The notes beneath the pieces are model-generated. The model saw nothing but the letters and a program-made list of their open reading frames with translations, ran no database searches and had not been told where the DNA came from. Of a stretch of 64,000 nt of DNA, positions 1 to 8,917 are shown piece by piece; within the stretch, counting starts at the first letter, position 1; each line of letters begins with the position of its first letter. The position numbers and the translations under genes are program-made. Source of the DNA: an uncultured Fibrobacteria bacterium (GTDB lineage Bacteria > Fibrobacterota > Fibrobacteria > UBA11236); NCBI GenBank assembly GCA_963716395.1, contig OY970309.1, forward strand, positions 2,176,001 through 2,240,000. Reading direction: 5' to 3'.

Positions 1-311
1 CTCGGCAAATAATTCTGCACCGTGTCGTCGAGATGCATAACACCGGTTTCGACCAAGGTCATGATTACGGCCATCGACGGCATCTTCGATCCCGAGGCGA
101 CGGGCCGGTAGGTGCTGTCGTTCCAGATGCCGAAATAATGTTTGTAGAGTACCGAGTCGTTGCGGGTGATGATGAAACTGCAATTGGGGCCGACCCGGGC
201 GAGGGAATCGGTGATGAGCTGGGTCACGGGGGCAAAGTCGTCGGCGGTTTGGGCCGCAGCGAGTCCCGCGGCGGCGGCGAAAAAGAGCAGGAAGCGGGAG
301 GTCATTTTCAT
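1..311 (-). CDS. Serine hydrolase, beta-lactamase-related family; N-terminal part, runs off the window start
   Basis: Not in the ORF track; my translation from ATG at 311 is MKMTSRFLLFFAAAAGLAAAQ (signal peptide)...YRPVASGSKMPSMAVIMTLVETGVMHLDDTVQNYLP. It has an SxxK motif and the LVExGxxxLDDxVxxYLP signature. Confidence 0.8.
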   Translation of the reverse strand, partial: MKMTSRFLLFFAAAAGLAAAQTADDFAPVTQLITDSLARVGPNCSFIITRNDSVLYKHYFGIWNDSTYRPVASGSKMPSMAVIMTLVETGVMHLDDTVQNYLP

Positions 312-763
312 GTTACGGTGCTTTTGTCCGGTATTCGAAGTCGGAGAGGGGCGGCATGATTCCCAAGGTATTTCGTCGGGGGCTAAATCTCAATTAAAAT
401 TGATTAAACGGATAACATAATAAAACGAAATAAAGCAAAAATAAAGGATAAAATTGGTTTATTTTATGAATATGTAATTCGTATATTTAAAATAAAGATA
501 ACGATTCAGCACCCCCTTGTGGTTCGGGGTCGTAGTCTTCGTATTGCGATGGTGTTCCCGTCTTAATGCGATTGTTCGGCGAAATGGAATGCAAGCCGTC
601 AGGATGTATTTCAGATCAGAAACGAATCGATTTCAGTTTCAACAGAGTGGATTCTCCCTCACGTAAATCCCCTCGCTTCGCATACTTTCCCGCCGGCGAT
701 GCGGGTGCATCCCTATCAACGATCCATTTCACACCAACCAAAATGAGGGCAAAGGAGAATCGT

Positions 764-3157
764 ATGCATCAAGCTTGTGGTTTGTGCACACCAGGAGGGG
801 AAAGCCGTTTCCGGTTTCCGGGGGCGGCTTATGGAATTTTATTGGCCGTCGGAATTTCGGGTTTTGCGGCGCCGACGGGAGATCTCCTCATCAGCCGCTC
901 GATCTATGCGGGCGACTCGAACACGGTTCACATTGGCCAGTCTCTGCCGGGTGGCGGAACGGCCGTTTCCGACGGGTCTTACCCGGGAGTGTGGAACAAC
1001 GAAAACCCCGATCCCAGCTTCGGGGTGACCGCGCCCATTTTTCTCGATCGCCGCGCCCTGGCGGGAAATTCCCTCACGCCCGTCAACACGGTGACGGTGC
1101 CCACCGCTCAAATCGTCACCAGCTTTTCCTCCAAATCCGAACTGGCGCTCACCCTTTCCACCGACGGCCGGCATATCACCTTCATGGGCTATGCCGCGCC
1201 GGTGAACGCTCTCGACGTTTCCAACTCCAACACCGCCAACCACGTCGACCCCACCAATCCCGTGGCCGCGATTTATCCGCGCGCGGTCGGCGATCTCGAC
1301 GCCACCGGCGCCAGCCGTACCGTGCAGGTGACGGCGGTCGACGCGTATAGCGGCAACAACGGCCGGGCCGCCATTCTGGATGCGGCCGGCAACCAATACT
1401 TCCTGGTCGGCAACGCCGGCAACGGATCGGGCACCGAACCCGTCAATATCGTCGACAACACCGGCGTGCAGCTCGCGGTGCCGGGAGCCGCCGGAGAAAC
1501 CATGGTGGTCGGTCAGCAGCAGGGCACGCCCGGATCCAAAAACGGCTTTCAGTTCGGATTCTCCATCGCCCAACTGGGATTGGGAACCGACAAATCCGGC
1601 AAAGACGACAACTTCCGCGGCGTGGCGATTTTCGGGAACACCTTGTACGCCACCAAGGGCAGCGGCAGCAACGGCGTCAACACGGTGTACCAGGTGGGAA
1701 GCGCGGGCGTCTTGCCCACGGCCGCCTCCGCGTCAACTACCCCCATCACCATTCTTCCTGGTTTTTCCAACATTATCGCGAAAAGCGCGTCGGGCGTGCA
1801 GAACCCCTTCGGCCTCTGGTTCGCCGACTCGGCCACGCTGTACGTCGCCGATGAAGGCGATGGGAATGCCGCGGATGCGGCCACGAGTCCCGAAGCGGGC
1901 CTGCAGAAATGGGTGCTCGCCGGCGACGGCCAATGGCACAATGTTTACACGCTGCAGAACGGGTTGAATTTGGGAACTTCCTACGGGGTGCCGGGCATGC
2001 CCGATTCGCTGAATCCTGCCACCGATGGCTTGCGCAGCTTGACCGGACGGGTGAACGGCGACGGCACGGTGACCTTGTTCGCCGCCACTTCGACCGTCAG
2101 CCAGGCTGTGGATCAGGGCGCCGATCCGAATGAATTGGTAACCATCACCGATACCGTGGCCTTGCAGACGGCGGCCCAGGCCGCCAATGAACAATTCACG
2201 GTTTTGCAAACCGCCGCTTTCGGCGAGGTGCTGCGCGGTGTGGCTTTCGTTCCGCTGGATGCGCCCACGGCCGTGGCCGGTTCCAATCAGATGACCCAGG
2301 TCGGCCAAACCGTGCATCTCGACGGCAGCGCTTCTTTCGCGCCCAACACTTCGGCCGACAGCCTTCTCTATGCCTGGAGCTTTGTCTCCCAGCCGGGCGC
2401 GAGCTCGGCGGCGCTCACCGGCGCCGCGACGGAGCATCCCAGCTTTTCGGCGAACGCCCCGGGAACCTATGTCCTGCAGTTGGTGGTGACCGATCCGCAT
2501 ACGGGATTGTCCAGTGCGCCGGCGCAAGTGACCGTGTCGTCGGTTTATGTTCCACCCACCGCGGATGCGGGACCGGATCAATCGGCGTTGGTGGGGGCCA
2601 CAGTGACCCTGAACGGCAATGGAAGCGATCCCAGCGGGTTGTCCCTCAATTATGCCTGGAGTTTCGCGGCGCGTCCGGCGGGAAGCACGGCTTCGCTCTC
2701 GGCGGCCAACACTGCGGACGCTTCCTTCCGCCCGGATCGGGTCGGTTCCTATCTGCTCAGCCTGACGGTGGGCGATGTGTACGGAAGTTCCGCACCCGAT
2801 ACCATGGGAGTGACCGTCATCACTGCGGGCGATTATGCCCAACAGCAAATCGCCGCAGCCATCAACGAAGCGGCCGGTTTGCCGGCAGCGGATTTCGCCG
2901 CCCCCGGCCTGCGCCGGGCCTTTCAGGTGATTTTGCGGGGAGCGATCTTGGCCTTGCAGGGCGGGCATTGCGATGCGGCCAAGGTGTTCCTGGATCTCGC
3001 CGTCCTCCGCACCGACGGCGTTCCGCTGCGCGGGCATGTCGACACCAACGGCCCGGGCAAGGATTGGATCACCGCCGCGGCCGCGCAGACCGCGATTTAC
3101 CGCGATCTGGAAAAGGCCCTGGGCGTGATCGGTTCGGCCGCTTGCCGCCATCGGTAA
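764..3157 (+). CDS. Secreted protein: beta-rich (propeller-like) N-terminal domain, two PKD/Ig-like domains and a helical C-terminal domain
   Basis: Long ORF 566..3157; the ATG at 764 follows AAAGGAG. Hydrophobic signal segment; PKD-like repeats (PTAVAG...LDGSAS...YAWS...GTYVLQLVVTD and PTADAGPDQ...YAWS...GSYLLSLTVGD). Confidence 0.7.
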   Translation: MHQACGLCTPGGESRFRFPGAAYGILLAVGISGFAAPTGDLLISRSIYAGDSNTVHIGQSLPGGGTAVSDGSYPGVWNNENPDPSFGVTAPIFLDRRALAGNSLTPVNTVTVPTAQIVTSFSSKSELALTLSTDGRHITFMGYAAPVNALDVSNSNTANHVDPTNPVAAIYPRAVGDLDATGASRTVQVTAVDAYSGNNGRAAILDAAGNQYFLVGNAGNGSGTEPVNIVDNTGVQLAVPGAAGETMVVGQQQGTPGSKNGFQFGFSIAQLGLGTDKSGKDDNFRGVAIFGNTLYATKGSGSNGVNTVYQVGSAGVLPTAASASTTPITILPGFSNIIAKSASGVQNPFGLWFADSATLYVADEGDGNAADAATSPEAGLQKWVLAGDGQWHNVYTLQNGLNLGTSYGVPGMPDSLNPATDGLRSLTGRVNGDGTVTLFAATSTVSQAVDQGADPNELVTITDTVALQTAAQAANEQFTVLQTAAFGEVLRGVAFVPLDAPTAVAGSNQMTQVGQTVHLDGSASFAPNTSADSLLYAWSFVSQPGASSAALTGAATEHPSFSANAPGTYVLQLVVTDPHTGLSSAPAQVTVSSVYVPPTADAGPDQSALVGATVTLNGNGSDPSGLSLNYAWSFAARPAGSTASLSAANTADASFRPDRVGSYLLSLTVGDVYGSSAPDTMGVTVITAGDYAQQQIAAAINEAAGLPAADFAAPGLRRAFQVILRGAILALQGGHCDAAKVFLDLAVLRTDGVPLRGHVDTNGPGKDWITAAAAQTAIYRDLEKALGVIGSAACRHR

Positions 3158-3171
3158 AGTGAAATCCGGGT

Positions 3172-3207
3172 TCGACAGGTATCTGAAATATTTCGGGTAC
3201 CTGTCGA
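3172..3207. terminator. Near-perfect 36-bp palindrome after the stop codon; possible terminator or stabiliser hairpin
   Basis: TCGACAGGTATCTGAAAT/ATTTCGGGTACCTGTCGA; two mismatches, both G:U-compatible on the + strand. Confidence 0.45.
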
Positions 3208-3419
3208 TTTCCCGTCTCAGCCACGTGACCTGGCAGGTGGGCCAGAGGCGAAACCCTCCGCGTTTGCGAATTCCCGGGTAACCGATCATTTTCGAATGAA
3301 TCTTGGGTGGTTCACTTGCTGGCGATGCGGTTCCGAAGCCGTCGGGGCGGATGCCGAAGGGGGTTATATTTCAAAACGTTACGAATATGAAGTATTAAAA
3401 TCGAATTAAAAAAGCATTA

Positions 3420-4619
3420 ATGATGAGAATCCTGCATGTTACCGATACTTCGGTGTTCAACTTCGACGGGATATCAACGTATGTGAACGAATTGTTGGAA
3501 TGCTCCGGTCGTACCGGCGACGAGGCCTGCGTGTGGATGCCGCCGCCCCTGCGTCCGGAGCCGCACCGGAAAATCGGCCACCTCGCGGGGATCCGGGTTT
3601 TTCCCAAAGTCGGGGTGTTTTCCTCGCGCCGCTTCGTGGTGGCTTTGCCGGTGGGTCTACGGCGAGAATGGTCCGAGTTCCGACCCGATTTGGTTTGGAT
3701 TCACACGGTGGGGCCCCTGGGTGTGGTAGCGGCGCGACTGGCTGCGGGTCGATGCCCTATACTGTACACCAAACATTGCTTCGACGGCGATTTGTGGATC
3801 AAGAATCTGGGCATAAGGCCTTCCCTGCAACACACCGTCCGCCGCCTGGCCTTTAAGATGGAAAGTTGGGTGCTCGCCGGCGCCGACCGGGCCCTGCATC
3901 ATTTCGAAGATCGGTCCAAAATCGAAAACCGGAAGTATTTGCACAAGTTCACCTACCTGCCGCCGCCATTGAGCATCCGGTTTCTTCAGCCCCGATCGCG
4001 CGCGCCCTCGGGGATCCGCGACGACGGGTTCACGGTCGGCTTTTGCGGCCGGCTCGAACCCGAAAAAGGATTGGAAGAGCTTTTCGAGGCCGTCGATCGC
4101 GCGCAAGCCGCGCATCCGTCGAGGAAAACGCGCCTGCTGCTGATCGGCGACGGCGTTGCGGGCCGCGCCTTGCAGCGCCAGTACGCGCATCTGGAGGTGG
4201 CCATCACCGGTTTCGTCGATGACGTGGTGCCGCATCTCGATGCGCTCGATGCCTTCGTGCTCTCTTCGAAAACCGAAACCACCTCCCTGTCCTGCCTCGA
4301 AGCCTATGCGCGCGGCCTGCCGATTTTTTCCCGCCGGGTCGGATTTCTGGGTTTGCGGCCCCGGCACCATCGCAACATCTTCAATTTCGAAACCGCGACC
4401 GAATTGGCGGCCTTGCTGAAAACCGTGTTGCCTCAGGCGCGGCGCTTGGCGCCGCTTTCTCCGGAAACGCTCGATCCGCAGCTCATCACTTTTTCGCAGC
4501 TTTATGACGCGGTGATTCCCCATGAAAAAAATGGCGCTATGCCTTCACGATGTGAAATTATCGCAGGGCGAACGGATTCCCGCGGTGATCCGTGGCCTTC
4601 GCCGGCGCTTCGGGGTTGA
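3420..4619 (+). CDS. Glycosyltransferase family 4 (GT-B fold)
   Basis: MRILHVTD start, FCGRLEPEKG, and the acceptor-side E-x7-E region (KTETTSLSCLEAYARGLP). The last ~30 aa overlap the next gene and may be an artefact. Confidence 0.85.
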   Translation: MMRILHVTDTSVFNFDGISTYVNELLECSGRTGDEACVWMPPPLRPEPHRKIGHLAGIRVFPKVGVFSSRRFVVALPVGLRREWSEFRPDLVWIHTVGPLGVVAARLAAGRCPILYTKHCFDGDLWIKNLGIRPSLQHTVRRLAFKMESWVLAGADRALHHFEDRSKIENRKYLHKFTYLPPPLSIRFLQPRSRAPSGIRDDGFTVGFCGRLEPEKGLEELFEAVDRAQAAHPSRKTRLLLIGDGVAGRALQRQYAHLEVAITGFVDDVVPHLDALDAFVLSSKTETTSLSCLEAYARGLPIFSRRVGFLGLRPRHHRNIFNFETATELAALLKTVLPQARRLAPLSPETLDPQLITFSQLYDAVIPHEKNGAMPSRCEIIAGRTDSRGDPWPSPALRG

Positions 4620-5217
4620 ACCGGTTACCTGTCACCTCATCGTCGACGTCGATCCCGCCGCCGGAGAGGCCTGGGAGTTTCTGCGCGGCGAATGCGCGGC
4701 CGGAACCTTGGAAGTGGTCTTTCACGGCAGCACCCATTGCTGTCCCCAAGGCACGGCCCGATGGCTGGCTTGGTACCACAAAAATCAGGCGGAGTTTTTA
4801 GGCCGCGGCTTCGACGCCGAAGTCAATGCCCGGCGCTATCGCGCATTGAACGCAGGTCTCGGTCATACCGCCGCCATCTGTCCCCCGTGCTGGCTCGCGG
4901 GGCGGGAAGGGCGCGCTTTTCTCGTCGGGTTGATGCCGGCCTACCTGGAGTTCATGTTTTCGTTGCAGGTCGGCGGCCGGCGCAGCTTTTCTCCCGTGGT
5001 GGGTCTCGGAGGCCTCACGCCGTCCGAACTTTTTTTCCTGCGGGCGTTTTCGGGAGGGATGAGGCATTTCGCGTCCTGGGTCGGGGCCCGCCGTCTTCGC
5101 CTGGTGGTTCACCCCGTTGATTTGGAAAACGAACGCTCTCTGCGGCATTTGGAGCATTGTTTCACCGTGCTTGCAGGCCGGGGCTATCGACCTGTTTTGC
5201 AAGCCGACTTGCTTTGA
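4522..5217 (+). CDS. Polysaccharide deacetylase-like protein (DUF2334/NodB-like)
   Basis: LHDV, HGxxH, AEF, PPCW and RLVVHP motifs; this family typically neighbours GT4 genes. Confidence 0.7.
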   Translation: MKKMALCLHDVKLSQGERIPAVIRGLRRRFGVEPVTCHLIVDVDPAAGEAWEFLRGECAAGTLEVVFHGSTHCCPQGTARWLAWYHKNQAEFLGRGFDAEVNARRYRALNAGLGHTAAICPPCWLAGREGRAFLVGLMPAYLEFMFSLQVGGRRSFSPVVGLGGLTPSELFFLRAFSGGMRHFASWVGARRLRLVVHPVDLENERSLRHLEHCFTVLAGRGYRPVLQADLL

Positions 5218-5309
5218 GCCCAATGGGCGTGGGTAATTAGATTCGGAATGAAGTCCGGTTCAAGGGCCGCAATCCGAATGCCCCGCGCGGATCGGAAAAA
5301 GTGGCGCGA

Positions 5310-5336
5310 TGTCGATTCGGCCGGGGTTGGTTCGAC
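5310..5336 (+). promoter_or_regulatory. ECF42-type promoter upstream of the YciI/DGPF gene
   Basis: TGTCGA-N17-CGAC, matching the -35 TGTCGA / -10 CG(A/T)C consensus I recall for ECF42 targets, which are DGPF proteins. Confidence 0.6.
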
Positions 5337-5405
5337 GTAAGGGCAGAAGCGAAGATCCGCCGGACAATTCCGCCCGGTGCGCTTCGCCGAGAAAAGGAGA
5401 CCACC

Positions 5406-5831
5406 ATGCGTTTCATGTTGCTGATGTACCCGAGTGCCAAGGCCGAACAAGGCGCCATGCCCGACGAAAAGCTGATCGCCGCTATGATGATGTTCAACGA
5501 AGAGCTGACCAAGGCCGGCGTCTTGCTGGCGCTCGATGGCCTGCATCCGACCTCGCAGGGCGCCCGGGTCAAATTCGAAAACGGCCAGCCGCGGGTGATC
5601 GACGGCCCCTTCACCGAGTCGAAGGAAATCGTGGGCGGCTATTGGATGATTCAGGTGAAGTCCAAAGCCGAGGCCGTCGAATGGGCCAAGCGGTGCCCCG
5701 ATACCGACGCGCAATGGATCGAAATCCGCCGCGTGTTCGAAATGTCGGATTTCGGTCCGGAAGTCGCGGCGCAAGAAGGCGAACTGGCCAAGCAGATTGA
5801 ACAAGGAATGGCGAAGAACGCGAAGCGATAG
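5406..5831 (+). CDS. YciI/DGPF family protein
   Basis: RBS AAAAGGAG; MRFMLL start; DGPFTESKEIVGGYW motif; EAVEWAKRCP and IEIRRV. Confidence 0.92.
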   Translation: MRFMLLMYPSAKAEQGAMPDEKLIAAMMMFNEELTKAGVLLALDGLHPTSQGARVKFENGQPRVIDGPFTESKEIVGGYWMIQVKSKAEAVEWAKRCPDTDAQWIEIRRVFEMSDFGPEVAAQEGELAKQIEQGMAKNAKR

Positions 5832-5852
5832 CGGCAAATATTCTGCGCAGGG

Positions 5853-6287
5853 TTAGCCCGAATCGCGCGCGGTCGAGTCTTGGCCGCCGAAGTCGAGCGG
5901 GGCCGTCTCCGGTAGTTTTGTGATATTTGTGATCACAATGTTATCATTGGGCCAATCCACGCTCAACACGAATTCGATTTTATCGCCCGGCTTGAGGGCG
6001 GAGAGCGAGAGCCCCTTGGCCGGCGTGAAATCCATGGTCATCGATTCCATTCCCACCACCTGGCCCGACTTGTCCACGAATCCGGGAATGGCCTGGTGGT
6101 GAATGAGCAATTCGCTGCCGGGATTGCCGGCTGCGGGCACTTGCACCACCTGGCCGCGGATGGTGTAGGTTTGGGCCTTGGCCGAGGAGTGGTGACGCGG
6201 GGCTTTGCAGGCCGTGAAAGAAAGCGGCGCAGCCAGCGCCGCGGCCAAAACCAAATGCGGAATTCCCGGCATTCTCGTCTTCTTCAT
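5853..6287 (-). CDS. CusF-like copper-binding periplasmic lipoprotein
   Basis: Lipobox FTAC; IHHQAIP...MESMTMDF...LKPGDKIEF pattern (His plus two Met); start chosen at MKKTR after AAGGAAG. Confidence 0.75.
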   Translation of the reverse strand: MKKTRMPGIPHLVLAAALAAPLSFTACKAPRHHSSAKAQTYTIRGQVVQVPAAGNPGSELLIHHQAIPGFVDKSGQVVGMESMTMDFTPAKGLSLSALKPGDKIEFVLSVDWPNDNIVITNITKLPETAPLDFGGQDSTARDSG

Positions 6288-6389
6288 GGAGAACTTCCTT
6301 TGCAAAAATAGTCCGCAGGAAAATGGATGCAAGTCGAGGCGGTCAAAAATCGCAGGGTGGAGGCGAGCACCCGGAATTCTCAATGCGGA

Positions 6390-7520
6390 TTAATATCCCA
6401 GGGTAATTTTTTGCGCGAATGTTTGCCCGTTTTGCGTCAGCTTCAGGAAATACAGCCCTTTCAGAGCCAACCGGCCTAGGTCGAAAACGCGGCTTCCCGA
6501 GCCGGCGCTTTCCCAGATCTGCTTGCCGGACAAATCATTGAGGCGCAGGGAATAAGGCCCCGGCGAATTCAGAGCGAGTCGGGCGCGCAAGGCGTCGAAG
6601 GACATGGGATTGGGAGCCGGGACTCCACTCGAAATAGACGTGACCTCGCAGGCGGTGGGATCGCTGTGCACCAGATAGGACTTGTAATTGAGCGAGGCCG
6701 GATCCATGCACCCGGCGAGATTGGCTACCTCCAACCTGCGAAAACGGATGGGGGCGCCTTCGCCCTGAATGGCGATGGTTCCCATGGTGACGGGCGTGCT
6801 ATCCACGATGGCTACGGTATTGCCATGTACGTTGCCGTCTTGCCTCTGCACCGGTCGATAGAACGAGAGCACCAATTGGGCACCGGCATAATATTTGATG
6901 ACGGAATCTCCGAGCACCAGAGCCGAGACCGAAGTCCATGCCGGGGCCAGGGTCATGGAATTGGCGGCCGCGTTGGTGCAATGCGCCGTGATTAGGGCTC
7001 CGGAAGAGTCGTGATACGCCATGCCGTCGGTACAGAGATTGGCCGTGCCTGAAGCCCCGACCTGGTTGCCGGGGCCGACGAGTTGATCCTCCAGGGTAAT
7101 GGCCCAATCTTGGTTCAAGCCCATGCTGGCCATGCTTTGCGAATGCAGGAGCAGCGCGCTTTGTTGGGTGGAATAACTCGGGGTGCCGGGCGTCTGGGTT
7201 CCGAACAACTGGTATTCGGCGCGCAGCAGGTAATAGGAAAACGTCTGGGCTTTATAGCCGATGCGCCCCCAGGGGGTCCCGTTCCAGTTGGTGTAGTTGG
7301 AATAATTGAGTTCGAGACAATTCCCCGAGTCGTTCACGCACGGGGCCACCCGAAAGGTGTTCAGCGAATCCCAATTCAGGGGATGGCCCATGATTTTCAC
7401 GTCCCAGTTCTTCAAGTCGGACCCGTCGAACAGTGGGGTCCATACGGTATCGGCGGGACCGGCCGAGAGGGTGACCACAAACAAGAATGGAATCGCGAGA
7501 GTCAGAAACTTGGGGCTCAT
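6390..7520 (-). CDS. Secreted DUF1080 (3-keto-disaccharide hydrolase-like) protein with a T9SS-like C-terminal tail
   Basis: Signal peptide; WTPLFDGSDLKNW...GTIAIQGEG.PIRFR.L; GCMDPASLNY linker; tail ...DLSGKQIW...GLYFLKL. Confidence 0.75.
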   Translation of the reverse strand: MSPKFLTLAIPFLFVVTLSAGPADTVWTPLFDGSDLKNWDVKIMGHPLNWDSLNTFRVAPCVNDSGNCLELNYSNYTNWNGTPWGRIGYKAQTFSYYLLRAEYQLFGTQTPGTPSYSTQQSALLLHSQSMASMGLNQDWAITLEDQLVGPGNQVGASGTANLCTDGMAYHDSSGALITAHCTNAAANSMTLAPAWTSVSALVLGDSVIKYYAGAQLVLSFYRPVQRQDGNVHGNTVAIVDSTPVTMGTIAIQGEGAPIRFRRLEVANLAGCMDPASLNYKSYLVHSDPTACEVTSISSGVPAPNPMSFDALRARLALNSPGPYSLRLNDLSGKQIWESAGSGSRVFDLGRLALKGLYFLKLTQNGQTFAQKITLGY

Positions 7521-7652
7521 GCTGCTCCGGCATCCACTCGAACCCGAGACCTAAAGGCTAGCGTAGAAATTTTATTGCAAAAGGGCGGCGGCACTTCAAT
7601 TTGGAATATTTGGCAATGCCAATTTAGCCGGCTACCAGTCGCAAAGATTTAA

Positions 7653-7982
7653 TTAGAGGGCGGGTTTTTTGATCTTGTTATCGATTAATTTCATGGTATA
7701 ACCGGCGTTGCTATAATCCCGCGTGCTAATAGAAAATTGCTTAATATCGCCACTTTCCTCGTATTGAATATCCCAATTTTTATTCTCACCGTTTTTTGAG
7801 TATTCAATATCGACGATTCTATCGATTATTATTTCCTGTCTTTGAAAGATTTTCCGGGGAAATCTCCAGCCGTGTTCAAAAATCAGCCTTCCATTTTGGA
7901 TGGAGGACTTCCAATAAATTTGAACTCTTAAAAAAATAAGAACAAGACCGATTATCAGAATAATTTTTGTTCCGACTTCCAT
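7653..7982 (-). CDS. Hypothetical membrane-anchored protein (low GC)
   Basis: AT-rich ORF with an N-terminal hydrophobic helix (IILIIGLVLIFL); start placed just after the upstream stop. Confidence 0.55.
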   Translation of the reverse strand: MEVGTKIILIIGLVLIFLRVQIYWKSSIQNGRLIFEHGWRFPRKIFQRQEIIIDRIVDIEYSKNGENKNWDIQYEESGDIKQFSISTRDYSNAGYTMKLIDNKIKKPAL

Positions 7983-7983
7983 A

Positions 7984-8301
7984 TCAATCCGTAACAAAAT
8001 CGTTTAACATGGCAACTAGCCTGTTTTCTGGAATTTTTTGCCAGTTTTTTTCGCCAATATAAACGGTGTATGATCCGTCAGCCATTAAAAAGACAAGAAC
8101 GTCGCCAACATGACAAGTTGTTTCAACCTGAAAACTATATCCTCCGATCGCCTTTGCTTCGCTGGTAAGGGCTCCGAATTCCGGCATTTCATATGCGTGC
8201 AGCTTTATGCCGGGCCGGTAATTCCATTTCATTAGCGTTTCGGCATTCCCGACTTGAATAAGGCTTCTGATTTTCGTGGCTATTTCAAAGACGTCGGCCA
8301 T
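7984..8301 (-). CDS. Hypothetical protein (low GC)
   Basis: 105-aa ORF in AT-rich DNA with a CAGGAAA RBS-like sequence, adjacent to the next ORF. Confidence 0.6.
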   Translation of the reverse strand: MADVFEIATKIRSLIQVGNAETLMKWNYRPGIKLHAYEMPEFGALTSEAKAIGGYSFQVETTCHVGDVLVFLMADGSYTVYIGEKNWQKIPENRLVAMLNDFVTD

Positions 8302-8371
8302 AAACTTGTTTCCTGCTTAAAAAAGAATCGAATTTTAAATCTTGTCAAGATTAATTCCTGGCGGCGTCTGT

Positions 8372-8562
8372 AGGGTACCTCTAATAATCGCATTCTCCGC
8401 GCGGCGGACTACCGGCTGGCGAAAGCCTCCGACTTCGTCGTCCGCCCGCAAGCGGAGCGATATTCAGCCATATCGCCTTTTTCGCACGCCTTGCCGGCGG
8501 CCTTCTCGTTCGGCCTTCCGCCGTAGGCGGGCCTTCGGCGGACCGATTATTAGAGGTACCCT
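8372..8562. mobile_element. MITE-like element, 191 bp, with perfect 19-bp terminal inverted repeats
   Basis: AGGGTACCTCTAATAATCG (8372-8390) and its reverse complement CGATTATTAGAGGTACCCT (8544-8562). The interior is GC-rich, hairpin-rich and non-coding. Related copies occur elsewhere in the window. Confidence 0.8.
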
Positions 8563-8917
8563 TTATAGTTCAAATTTATTTGTTTCGCGTCGCCGGAAGC
8601 AATTAAGGTCGAGTCCCAAATCTTTTTTATTGACAAGGATCAGAAAAGGAAGATAAACACCGCTGAATTAAGCCGTGGTGCCCCCTGGGTTCCACCTCCG
8701 GGGGCCAAGCGTGTACCTTGGCGGCGAATGGATTTTCAGCAATCAAATAGCGTTCTCAATCGCATCGATCGCTTCATGCCAGATCGCTTGATGGGCGCCT
8801 GCAAAAATCGATTCACTCGCATCGGAGCGCCGAGCGATGCGACACGCCGAAAAGGATCACTTCCGAAGTGGCGGCATTCCAGCGAACGAAATGCCGGACC
8901 GGCAAGGTGGAAAATTT

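Noticed and set aside
33-420. Plus-strand ORFs 33..359 and 160..420
   Set aside because: Antisense shadows of the minus-strand serine hydrolase, which has a signal peptide and an SxxK motif.
8342-8656. 104-aa Arg-rich ORF
   Set aside because: It reads through the non-coding MITE and has low-complexity composition.
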